From NCBI GenBank assembly GCA_043739185.1, contig JAYUEN010000094.1, positions 1-56,216 of the forward strand: a DNA stretch of 56,216 nucleotides, read 5' to 3'. The stretch is from Bdellovibrionales bacterium. GTDB lineage: Bacteria > Bdellovibrionota > Bdellovibrionia > Bdellovibrionales > JAMPXM01. The position numbers were made by a program, and so were the translations under genes. How positions within the stretch are numbered: position 1 is the first letter of the stretch; every line of letters starts with the position of its first letter. This document shows positions 19,295 through 27,992 of this stretch, piece by piece. The notes under the pieces were generated by a model. The model was given only the letters and a program-made list of their open reading frames with translations, was not told where the DNA came from and did no database searches.

Positions 19295-19310
19295 TGCAAC
19301 CAAGGTCCCA
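19295..19310 (-). promoter_or_regulatory. sigma54 -24/-12 promoter (variant)
   Basis: Minus strand TGGGACCTTGGTTGCA with GG-N10-GC spacing, upstream of the TIGR02147 gene. Confidence 0.55.
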
Positions 19311-19410
19311 TTAATTTTGGCATCAACTAAATACTTTTTAGACACGAATGCCCTGGCTTTTACCAAGGCACTCTTATTGAAACTATTCTATAGAAACTAA
19401 ATTTTATAAA

Positions 19411-19905
19411 TTAGTTACAAGTTGGGAAAGTATAAGACTTGTTGAAAGCTTGTGAATATTCGTTGTTCATTTCACGAACTTCAGCAGTAACAGTTCCTGC
19501 AATAGTAACATCTTTCATACCGAACTGAACACACTCCCACATTTTGCTGTCGCCTTCTTGAACTAAAACGTCTTTAGTACAAACTTGGATTTGGTAAGTG
19601 CGTGGGCGAACGATTTGTTGAACAGCGTACTGTTTGCAATCGTAAGTTGTGTAGTCTCCGCCTTCGCCTTGATTTTTGTGCTCAACTGCAACCAATTTAA
19701 CACAAACGTTTACTGGCTTAATTGTTTGAACTGTAGTCTCAGTCAAGCAAGCATTATCAAGATCGATATTTGACATATAGCTTGAATGATTTGTAGACGC
19801 CATAGCAGTGCGTGATTTGAAGATTTCAGACCAAGTGCTGCGTGGGCTAAGAGCCATTGCTTGTGTTGAAGCAAATACAACTGCGATTGCGATTAAACTT
19901 TTCAT
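19411..19905 (-). CDS. Secreted Cys-containing hypothetical protein
   Basis: AGGAG SD, signal peptide ending AMA, six Cys, codon usage rich in GCT/ACT/AAC/TAC. Confidence 0.85.
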   Translation of the reverse strand: MKSLIAIAVVFASTQAMALSPRSTWSEIFKSRTAMASTNHSSYMSNIDLDNACLTETTVQTIKPVNVCVKLVAVEHKNQGEGGDYTTYDCKQYAVQQIVRPRTYQIQVCTKDVLVQEGDSKMWECVQFGMKDVTIAGTVTAEVREMNNEYSQAFNKSYTFPTCN

Positions 19906-20240
19906 AAATTCTCCTTTAGAGAGTTAATTGGACTTGGCCTTTTAAAATAAAAAACCTCAGTCGTTGTTTCAAATTGGATGTAGCATCTGAAAAAATTTAA
20001 ACCAAGTATTTTTCACACTTTTAAAAAAAATTATTCACAACTTTAATTTCATAAGACAACTCAGACAATTGCTATGGCAAAAACCGAATCTAATTAATAG
20101 TTAATATTTTCAGTTAGTTGCCTAATTACCAAGAGTCAGATAAAGGGCTAATTATTCTTGAAACAATAGGAATGAAGTGCCGCATCAAAAATAAAATATT
20201 TAGATATTTGAATGCCGTTTATTTGAGCACACAAAAAATA

Positions 20241-21362
20241 TCAGTACGAATTTATATCAAAGTTCATACCACCGCCGCCACCATTGAAGGACGGCATAAA
20301 CCTCGGAATAAAAGTCTGAGTCAGCGTTTGTTGAAAGTGAAATAATAAACTGTCATCTGAATAAAAAGACACCGAACCATTTTGAACTAAGAATTTCATA
20401 CTCTGAAGCGCCGGATACGCGGTAGATGGTTGTACAGAATATACCTGCACTCCGTTATATCGCAAAACCCATGCGCTATCAGATGTCTCAAGCCATTCGT
20501 ATTCACAACTCCCATTTGTAAATCCCAAACAAACACGATTTCGCGTGGCCGCTCCAACGCCCAAAACCGGTTGAAAGCGAATCTCTGTCCGTGCGCAAAA
20601 GTAAACAGGTGTGGTATAAAGAAATATGCCGTTTGAGACATTATTATTTACGCTGACTGAACCATCTAAGTAAGGTGCTGCGAGCGTAGGCGCGGTAACA
20701 CTCGTATTTGAACCCAGGGTCGATGTGATATTGGCCTGAGTGGGACAATAGCCTGACATCTTAAAAATTTCAGCACTGTAGCGATCAGGATTCAGCCATG
20801 ATGGCAGCTGCTGACCATTGGCAATTAAAAAATCAATTCGCACGACAACGGGTGGATTGATACAAGCCCCTGCTGTCGGGCAAACCGCTCGAAAGCTGAT
20901 GGTGGGCTGCAAAGGACAATTTGGATCACCCGGAGAAACACTAAAGGTATTACAAGTCCTACCATAAAGGTCGAGACCATTGGTCCCACCAAGAGCAGAA
21001 TTGAAAACCAAAAGATCTTGTGAATCATACAATGCTAATTTATTTGCATCAGGAAATGGATAAGTCGCAGGACTTGCCAGCTTGAAACTAGCGCAATCAT
21101 TCGACGCTGGATTGATCACATTCAGGAAGCACCCAAGTGCTGCATTGTGATTGATGGAATTGCTCCAGGCCAATTGATTTTCGGCGATAGAAATCAATTG
21201 TTCTCTAACGACATTTAAATTGAGCATATTGTTTTGAGCGGCACGCAGCTTGAGCGTATTGGTAATAAAAATGCCTGCGGCAAAAACCGTGATAGTCATG
21301 ACACCAATCCCAACCATGACTTCAACTAAAGATGATCCTATTTTGTTTAATTTAGGGCCCAA
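20241..21362 (-). CDS. Type IV pilin-like protein with a C-terminal beta-rich domain
   Basis: Prepilin site KIG|SSLVEVMV with Glu+5, hydrophobic helix, Cys-rich domain. Confidence 0.85.
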   Translation of the reverse strand: MGPKLNKIGSSLVEVMVGIGVMTITVFAAGIFITNTLKLRAAQNNMLNLNVVREQLISIAENQLAWSNSINHNAALGCFLNVINPASNDCASFKLASPATYPFPDANKLALYDSQDLLVFNSALGGTNGLDLYGRTCNTFSVSPGDPNCPLQPTISFRAVCPTAGACINPPVVVRIDFLIANGQQLPSWLNPDRYSAEIFKMSGYCPTQANITSTLGSNTSVTAPTLAAPYLDGSVSVNNNVSNGIFLYTTPVYFCARTEIRFQPVLGVGAATRNRVCLGFTNGSCEYEWLETSDSAWVLRYNGVQVYSVQPSTAYPALQSMKFLVQNGSVSFYSDDSLLFHFQQTLTQTFIPRFMPSFNGGGGGMNFDINSY

Positions 21363-21999
21363 GCACTACATCCACACTAAATTTTTGAGGATTTAAAAGC
21401 CAAATGGATTGATCGGCAAAAACCAAATCTGCTCTCAAGTGTATTGCTGGCTGCAGACAAGTGGCCGCCGGTGGACATACCGGCACGAAATAGGTATTGA
21501 ACTGAGCATTGCAATTGCTCGTCCCGTAGTTATTGCAAATCCCTCTCTGCAATTCAAAACTGCCACACAAGAGCCCGCCATTGCAATTGGCAAAGGTGGC
21601 GCTAATGCCATAGATTTCGGCTCCATGTGAAGTGGGATCATTGATGATATTCTGCGCGCCTGATTTAATTACGATTTGATTGTTCACACTTGGATTATTA
21701 GTCCATTGCATACAGTCTTGTGTACCGGTCACGCAGGCTAGGAGGTTTTGATTGCCGGGATTGCCTGCAAAATTAAGTGTTTCATTGATGGCGTCGCCAC
21801 TTTGAAAACCCATCGAAATCGAATCGCGCACTAGATTTAAAGACTGAATAAAGGCTTTGCTGCGAATACTCTGCCCTTGAGTGAATAAAGAATTATTCTC
21901 ACTAAAAGTGATAAGCCCGATAGCAATCAATACGGAAATGAATAAAATCGGAACAATCGAGCCCCTTTGATTTCGAATGAGACAAACCGCGAGTCTCAA
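21352..21999 (-). CDS. PilX/GspK-like minor pilin
   Basis: NQRG|SIVPILF (no Glu+5), hydrophobic helix, same Cys-rich domain as its neighbours. Confidence 0.75.
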   Translation of the reverse strand: MRLAVCLIRNQRGSIVPILFISVLIAIGLITFSENNSLFTQGQSIRSKAFIQSLNLVRDSISMGFQSGDAINETLNFAGNPGNQNLLACVTGTQDCMQWTNNPSVNNQIVIKSGAQNIINDPTSHGAEIYGISATFANCNGGLLCGSFELQRGICNNYGTSNCNAQFNTYFVPVCPPAATCLQPAIHLRADLVFADQSIWLLNPQKFSVDVVLGP

Positions 22000-22161
22000 A
22001 TTAAAGATACAATTTTTAGATTCTTGTTTTGAGATATTTTTCTCCGATGTCTCAACTTTGTGAAAATCTCATTTCAATCTTATACTATTATGAATGGCCG
22101 TAAATATTGAGGTCTAATTTTGATACACTTTCAAAATCAGTAAATCAAATAGTCGCTCGAC

Positions 22162-22189
22162 TAAAGTATGGACGAATTCGCACCGATTA
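22162..22189 (+). promoter_or_regulatory. sigma28/FliA-type promoter
   Basis: TAAA-N16-ACCGATTA, followed after a 10-nt gap by ATG 22200; no SD. Confidence 0.5.
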
Positions 22190-22199
22190 GCCTCTACCA

Positions 22200-25100
22200 A
22201 TGAAAAATGTAAAATTAAAACAATTGTTTAGTCGAGGCGGATTCAGCTTGGTCGAGCTCAGCGTAGCCACAGGGATAGTCATGATTTCATTGGTAGCTGC
22301 CGGAAACATCGTTCAATTGATTTATCAGTCATCAGCTCACTTAGATTCCTTGGTAAAGCAAAACAATCTAAAAGGAATATTCATCAGCCAGATTCTAAAT
22401 GAATCAAACTGGTTTAGCACCTATGCAGACCCAGTCAATATGAGTACTTCAAATGCAAAAATGGCTTGTCTATACAATCATACAGATTGTTCGGCTTTGG
22501 TTGGAGTACAGACTCAATTCAGAGTCGTGAATGCCAATCTAAATGTGATTTATGATGCTACCACTTCAAACAACAATAGTGGTGGTGGTGGTGGTGGTGG
22601 TGGCGGTGGAAGCGGCGGCGGAAGCGGCGTCGGCGGCGGTAATAACCAAGGAAATGGCGGCGACAACGGCAATCACTATGGTGAAATAAATAACGGGAAT
22701 GGTAACGGCAATGGTGGCAATGGAAACGGCAATGGTGGCAATGGAAACGGGAACGGAAGCAATGGCGGTGGCGGTGGAAATTCTCAATCTAGTACTCCTA
22801 ATGGTTTTAATCCGTTAGGCTCAACTTGCACTGGTTACGGAGCAGTAAGTGACACTTGCCCTTATCAATATGTTTTAACTTGGACTCCACTTTGTAAAGC
22901 TGGCGCAAAATGTGTAGACCCCTTAGTTAAAGTTCAGGGTGTATTCAATATTAATTTCGCCTCTCAACACACGGATCAGCCCAATACTTCAAATTATGTA
23001 CCTATGCAGTTTAGCCTCATCATGAGTATGAAAATGCAAAATACTTTATACGCCATCCCTCCCGTATTGATGGCCAACTGGCGTCAAACTGGCCAAAATT
23101 ACCAAGCCATACAAATTCAGTTGCCGAATAGTTCAAATGCAGTTGGTAGCATTACACTTGTTTCTGCAAGTCAAACTGGTTATGCCGGCGGGACAGTGAC
23201 TACGTCCGGAAATACCATCAATTATACTCCTCCAACTAATTTTTATGGACTCGATTTTCTCGATTACAAATTCAAAGATTCGATCGGAAATCAAGGAACC
23301 AACCGTGTTTGGATAAAAATCATGACGCCTTTTACATGGACCGGAGACGGCACCAATAGCAATGCCTCAAACGCCGTGAACTGGTGCGGAAACGTATCAA
23401 ATGGTAGCTGCTCTCACAATGCAAATCCGGCTAGTAATAGTTCAAATAGTCTTCCGCACTTGGTCTTCAATCAAAACTGCACGCGCTGTTCAAGTGTCAA
23501 TTTAGATATTTCAAACTTAGATGGAATTGAAATCTACTCAAGCTTTCCTGGCGTCATCGCCCAATCTCAGGATTTGCAAATTACCACCAATGCGGCAAGC
23601 TGGGGCGGCACTACAGCAATGCAACCAAACTTCAAACACCAGGGCTATTATCAAGCTGGCGGAACATTTAGAACCGGCCAATATAATATGACCAATACTT
23701 CTTTGTATCTTCGCGCCCCAACTTATCCGGGACCTGCGCCACTAACAAATTTTTATTTACAAGCGGGCCAATTCTCTACTTCTGCAACTACGACTTTGAC
23801 TTCAGTTTCGACAGGTTTGCAGATTGATGCCGGAGTTAATTTTCAAAATGCCGGCACACTGGTTTTGCAAAAGGCCTATTTAATGATGGATTACGTGGCC
23901 ACCGGAAATGGTATCAACCTGGGAGTAATTAACTTTAGTGGCGGAGTGTCGCCTTTCATTATCGGGAGCAACCTCAATGTGACGAATCTCACACTGGACG
24001 GAGCCCACAGAACTGAAGCCGGTCTCTGTGGTACGGGCGTAAGTCAGATCAATGTGACCGGAAGTATCAAGGCTATCAACTCAGGCGGAAATACTTATTG
24101 CACGCTCAATCGTTCAAATCTTCAAATTGTACTGGCTGCCCCGAACCAACAAAGCGTATCAGGATTTGTAAATACCGATCCTGTGGGTACGTCGCCAGGT
24201 TATATACCAAATCTGGTTACAAATCCTAACCAAATTACAACTTTTGCCGGAGCCATAGGCCTCGAAGGAGATACAAATTTTAGAGGCCCAATCTATGCAG
24301 GCACCTCATCGGTACTCTTACACTTCGGAACATTTGTAGCCGCAGTGACTCCTCACTTTTATAATGCCTCATACGTTGGAGGAAATTCATATGTCCTCAA
24401 TTCAAATGTTTATGTCGACAATGACTTTAGCTTCGATCGCTGCTTAGCAGATCGTCAAGCCGGTAGCGGCTGTGGAGGTTTCAATATTGGAACCCCAAAT
24501 GGCTCACAAATATTTTTAACAGGAAATCTGCACTTACTTTCGGGAATCATGGACCTCAATTCTACGCCTCTGGTTACAGTAAATTTTATCGGCTCAGGCA
24601 ATCAACTTTTAAGCGCCGAAGGACAAACCAGCAATTGGGGAAATACTATTAATATGGTCTCCGCTCCTGCCATTGCTGTTAATAAACCAAGCGGAAGCTT
24701 TGGAATCTCTGAAACCTCAGCGGCTTGTATTGCCACGGGTCGCCAGTGCTTAATCAATTTTATGGGGCCGATCAGTATTACATCAGCTGGAAGTGTTACG
24801 CAGTTTACCGGTACCGATTATTTCTTCGGAAATATGCAGGGTTTTGGAACTCTCTTTTTGTCGAGTTATGTGCCGCTCGATTTTGGTACTGCAAACATTT
24901 ATCTTTATTCGTCTTCAGCCTACGACCTTGGTGGAGTGAGTGGCGGCTCGCTTAAAGCAAGAAGTGTTCAGGCCCCGGCTCCTTATGGAGGAGCATTTAA
25001 AAATGGCACCCTTACTTTATCAGGTGATTTTAATATAGGGCACGCCAACTACTATGGCGGCAATGCAACAGTGTTCTTTACAGGCGGCGGCACTCACAAT

Positions 25101-25325
25101 TACTCAAGCGTCAATACTTTCGCCCATAACCTCACAGTTGACGTTGGTGATATTGTAACTCTTGGCGCGAACGTATCAGATGTCTCGAACCTCAATTTAC
25201 TTGGCACGCTCAATCAAAATAGCCAGACACTTAATTTCACCAATCTGACAGGCAGCGGAATTTGGAATCGCAATGGCGCAAGCTATACTGGAAATATTTC
25301 AGGCTTCACAGGCATTACAAACTAA
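22200..25325 (+). CDS. Giant prepilin-type adhesin-like protein (pilin + Gly/Asn insert + Ig-like domain + beta-helix-like region)
   Basis: RGG|FSLVELSV prepilin site; Cys-rich domain; INYTPPTNFYGLDFLDY (Big_9/cadherin-like); FTWTG...NW then Gly/Asn/Thr-rich beta-strand repeats; no C-terminal barrel. Confidence 0.85.
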   Translation: MKNVKLKQLFSRGGFSLVELSVATGIVMISLVAAGNIVQLIYQSSAHLDSLVKQNNLKGIFISQILNESNWFSTYADPVNMSTSNAKMACLYNHTDCSALVGVQTQFRVVNANLNVIYDATTSNNNSGGGGGGGGGGSGGGSGVGGGNNQGNGGDNGNHYGEINNGNGNGNGGNGNGNGGNGNGNGSNGGGGGNSQSSTPNGFNPLGSTCTGYGAVSDTCPYQYVLTWTPLCKAGAKCVDPLVKVQGVFNINFASQHTDQPNTSNYVPMQFSLIMSMKMQNTLYAIPPVLMANWRQTGQNYQAIQIQLPNSSNAVGSITLVSASQTGYAGGTVTTSGNTINYTPPTNFYGLDFLDYKFKDSIGNQGTNRVWIKIMTPFTWTGDGTNSNASNAVNWCGNVSNGSCSHNANPASNSSNSLPHLVFNQNCTRCSSVNLDISNLDGIEIYSSFPGVIAQSQDLQITTNAASWGGTTAMQPNFKHQGYYQAGGTFRTGQYNMTNTSLYLRAPTYPGPAPLTNFYLQAGQFSTSATTTLTSVSTGLQIDAGVNFQNAGTLVLQKAYLMMDYVATGNGINLGVINFSGGVSPFIIGSNLNVTNLTLDGAHRTEAGLCGTGVSQINVTGSIKAINSGGNTYCTLNRSNLQIVLAAPNQQSVSGFVNTDPVGTSPGYIPNLVTNPNQITTFAGAIGLEGDTNFRGPIYAGTSSVLLHFGTFVAAVTPHFYNASYVGGNSYVLNSNVYVDNDFSFDRCLADRQAGSGCGGFNIGTPNGSQIFLTGNLHLLSGIMDLNSTPLVTVNFIGSGNQLLSAEGQTSNWGNTINMVSAPAIAVNKPSGSFGISETSAACIATGRQCLINFMGPISITSAGSVTQFTGTDYFFGNMQGFGTLFLSSYVPLDFGTANIYLYSSSAYDLGGVSGGSLKARSVQAPAPYGGAFKNGTLTLSGDFNIGHANYYGGNATVFFTGGGTHNYSSVNTFAHNLTVDVGDIVTLGANVSDVSNLNLLGTLNQNSQTLNFTNLTGSGIWNRNGASYTGNISGFTGITN
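22566..22799 (+). repeat. Gly/Asn low-complexity coding tract
   Basis: (GGT)7 at 22581-22601; 21-bp AACGGCAATGGTGGCAATGGA x2 at 22704-22745. Confidence 0.9.
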
Positions 25326-25440
25326 AGACCGAAACGAACATCCCAAGCATCGCCAAAAATTTGACTTCTCATTTAGAAGTGGGCAATCGCTTTGGCTTGT
25401 GTTTAAATAAGCTAATCACATCAACTGGGCGGGCGACCAA

Positions 25441-25899
25441 ATGAATACGAATGAGCAAAGAACCAAAAATCTAAGCTGGTTCAACCGTAAGCTCGTTGTC
25501 AATTCGAGCGTACAATATGTTCTACTAAAGTATTCTGTAACAATGGGTTTTTTATTTATGTCTATGGGTCTCTTCTTGGCTTATTTGCTTCTGAAAATAC
25601 CAATGATTCAAATGAATGGCTTTGCTTCAATTGAAGCTACCGATATTGTTTTTTTAAGTTTTTTACTAATCATAATTTTTATAGTGGGTTATTTCGGACT
25701 CATCTTATCAAATCGTGTCGTCGGCCCAATCTTTCGACTTGTAAAATCAATGGAAGAATTCGAAGAGACCGGCAATTACCAAGAAATTAGATTCCGCAAA
25801 AATGACTATTTTAAAGAAATCGCGGTTTCTTATAATAAAATTATGATTCGCCTGCATGATGTCGAACGCCGAAATAAAAAATCTTCCGAAGGCCAATAG
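25441..25899 (+). CDS. Two-TM membrane protein with a HAMP-like domain
   Basis: Two hydrophobic helices followed by SNRVVGPIFRL...FRKNDYFKEIA. Confidence 0.8.
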   Translation: MNTNEQRTKNLSWFNRKLVVNSSVQYVLLKYSVTMGFLFMSMGLFLAYLLLKIPMIQMNGFASIEATDIVFLSFLLIIIFIVGYFGLILSNRVVGPIFRLVKSMEEFEETGNYQEIRFRKNDYFKEIAVSYNKIMIRLHDVERRNKKSSEGQ

Positions 25900-25997
25900 T
25901 CCATTTAGCAATGGTCATACTAATTTTGGGCTAATCTATACAAAAAGAAGCCAATCATCTCATAAACTTACTCAGGCATCAATTGCGGAAATGCGTT

Positions 25998-27992
25998 TTA
26001 GCGGACCTCAAATTTAACTTGATCTAAAATTTCACCATTATTTGATCTTAAACTAATACTCTGCCGGCCCTTTTTCAAAGGCCAGAGGCTCATTTCCTTC
26101 GAAGGACCAAATGAAACTCCATTTAAGTAAATGCTCTGCCCCGGCTGTGGGTTTTCAATTTCAATAGGAATTTTTTGAAGAATCAAAGGTATATCAGGAT
26201 CTAAGCCCACCTTCATTTCTTCAACTGGATATCGAATCCGCGTAATACTTCGATGTAAAATTGGCGGTGAGGCCGGTTGATAACTCAATTTCATGGGCGC
26301 GCCTGTATGATTGGGATGAAGAGCCAACATAATTTTTCTCCATATGGGAGCTGCGCCAGTTGTGCCACTGACATTCCACATCGCTTGACCATTAAAATTG
26401 CCAACCCATACTCCTACGGTATATTGCTGTGTCCATCCGATACACCAATTGTCTCGCATATCTTTGCTTGTTCCAGTTTTTACTGCCGCCAAAAATGGTA
26501 GAGTTAGGATATTGTCGAGACCAAAAGTGAACCGACGATATTCAGGTAGCGCCAAAGCTTGAAATATTTGTTCGGTCGCTGACTTCGAAAATAATTCACC
26601 ACTTGCGAGCGCGCGATAACTTTGAGTCATTTCCCAGAGACTCGCATCAAGGCTACCCAATGCAAGACTAGGCCCGTAAAAGTCGTCATCTTGTAAAGAT
26701 TTAAAACCCAAGCTTTTTAGATTTTCTAATATTCTTTGCTCACCAACCAAGGCCAAGGTTCGCACTGCAGGTACATTCAAACTCGAAGCGAGTGCTTCTC
26801 CTGCGCCAACATTTCCTCGAAAAATACGATCATAATTTTTGGGGTGATAAACTTGTCCGCCGCCAAGACTAATATCTTCTTTGGTATCTTCAAGCAGCGA
26901 GTTCACATTCAGGATATTCAAATCAAATGCGCTCGCATAAATTAAGGCTTTAATCGTTGAACCCACCTGGCGCTTAGCTTGTATGCCATCGAGTTTAGGA
27001 AAGCTCGTAAATTGCGCGCCTGGATTTCCGATATAAACAATTGGAGTTCCCGTTTTGTTTTCTAAAACCAAGATCGCGCCTTCATTTACATTTTTATTTT
27101 TCAATTCTAGCAACTGTTCTCGCAATGCCTGTAACGCCAGATCTTGAATACGAATATCGAGACTGGTTTTTAAGTTTTTCTCGGATATAGGTTCTGCCTT
27201 TTTATCAAAAATCAATTCTGAAAGAACCGGCAGATGATCCATATTTCTTGTAATATGATAGTCCTTTTTTAATATTGAATTTACCCTGACCTCAACTTCT
27301 GCACAGTTATGTTCTGATAAAATTTGGCAGATACGTTTTGATACCTTCTGAGCATTTGAATTTGGAGAGCGAATAAGTGCCGTCAAAAATGCGGATTCAA
27401 AATCATCAAGCGCTTCAGGAGATTTATTAAAGTAACCAAAACTTGCAGCCCCTAGGCCTACGAGTTCTCCACGAAACGAAACTTTATTGATATAGGCTTC
27501 TAGGATTTCATTTTTGCTCCAGGTTTTTTCTAGGTTTTTGGCATTAATGATTTGTCGAAATTTTGTGATGAGGTCTTTGATGAAGCTCTGGTGACGTTGA
27601 TTAGGATTTAAAATATGAATCAGCTGCATACTGAGTGTGCTTGCGCCTCGCTTAGCTTTTTTAAAAGCCACCTGGTAAAGTGAATGAAAAAGCGCAAGCG
27701 AGTCGACGCCATGATGTTCAAAAAATCTCTTGTCTTCAGTTTGCACCAATAACTTTTGAAAACTGGGACTCACTTGACTCCAAGCGGTCCAAGCAAGACT
27801 GCGCTCATGATCCCGAATGCGCAATACCTCAAGAGGATAGTCGTTGCGATCTAATACGAGCACATCAGAAGCCTGATAGGACTTTTGTACTTCAGCAAAG
27901 CTTTTAATAGGGACTGAAAACCAAGTCTCTAGCCCCAGCCATGTCAAAATTAAAATGAGAACTCCACTAAGGAGATACAGACCAATTCGCAT
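25998..27992 (-). CDS. pbpC: Penicillin-binding protein 1C
   Basis: TEDKRFFEHHGVD, RGASTLSMQL, SxxK (GSTIK), SLN, KTGT; directly downstream of alpha-2-macroglobulin. Confidence 0.93.
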   Translation of the reverse strand: MRIGLYLLSGVLILILTWLGLETWFSVPIKSFAEVQKSYQASDVLVLDRNDYPLEVLRIRDHERSLAWTAWSQVSPSFQKLLVQTEDKRFFEHHGVDSLALFHSLYQVAFKKAKRGASTLSMQLIHILNPNQRHQSFIKDLITKFRQIINAKNLEKTWSKNEILEAYINKVSFRGELVGLGAASFGYFNKSPEALDDFESAFLTALIRSPNSNAQKVSKRICQILSEHNCAEVEVRVNSILKKDYHITRNMDHLPVLSELIFDKKAEPISEKNLKTSLDIRIQDLALQALREQLLELKNKNVNEGAILVLENKTGTPIVYIGNPGAQFTSFPKLDGIQAKRQVGSTIKALIYASAFDLNILNVNSLLEDTKEDISLGGGQVYHPKNYDRIFRGNVGAGEALASSLNVPAVRTLALVGEQRILENLKSLGFKSLQDDDFYGPSLALGSLDASLWEMTQSYRALASGELFSKSATEQIFQALALPEYRRFTFGLDNILTLPFLAAVKTGTSKDMRDNWCIGWTQQYTVGVWVGNFNGQAMWNVSGTTGAAPIWRKIMLALHPNHTGAPMKLSYQPASPPILHRSITRIRYPVEEMKVGLDPDIPLILQKIPIEIENPQPGQSIYLNGVSFGPSKEMSLWPLKKGRQSISLRSNNGEILDQVKFEVR

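Noticed and set aside
19349..19370. Hairpin TGCCTTGG/CCAGGGCA (minus strand) after the 19411 gene as a terminator
   Set aside because: The stem is plausible but there is no U-tract, so it was not called.
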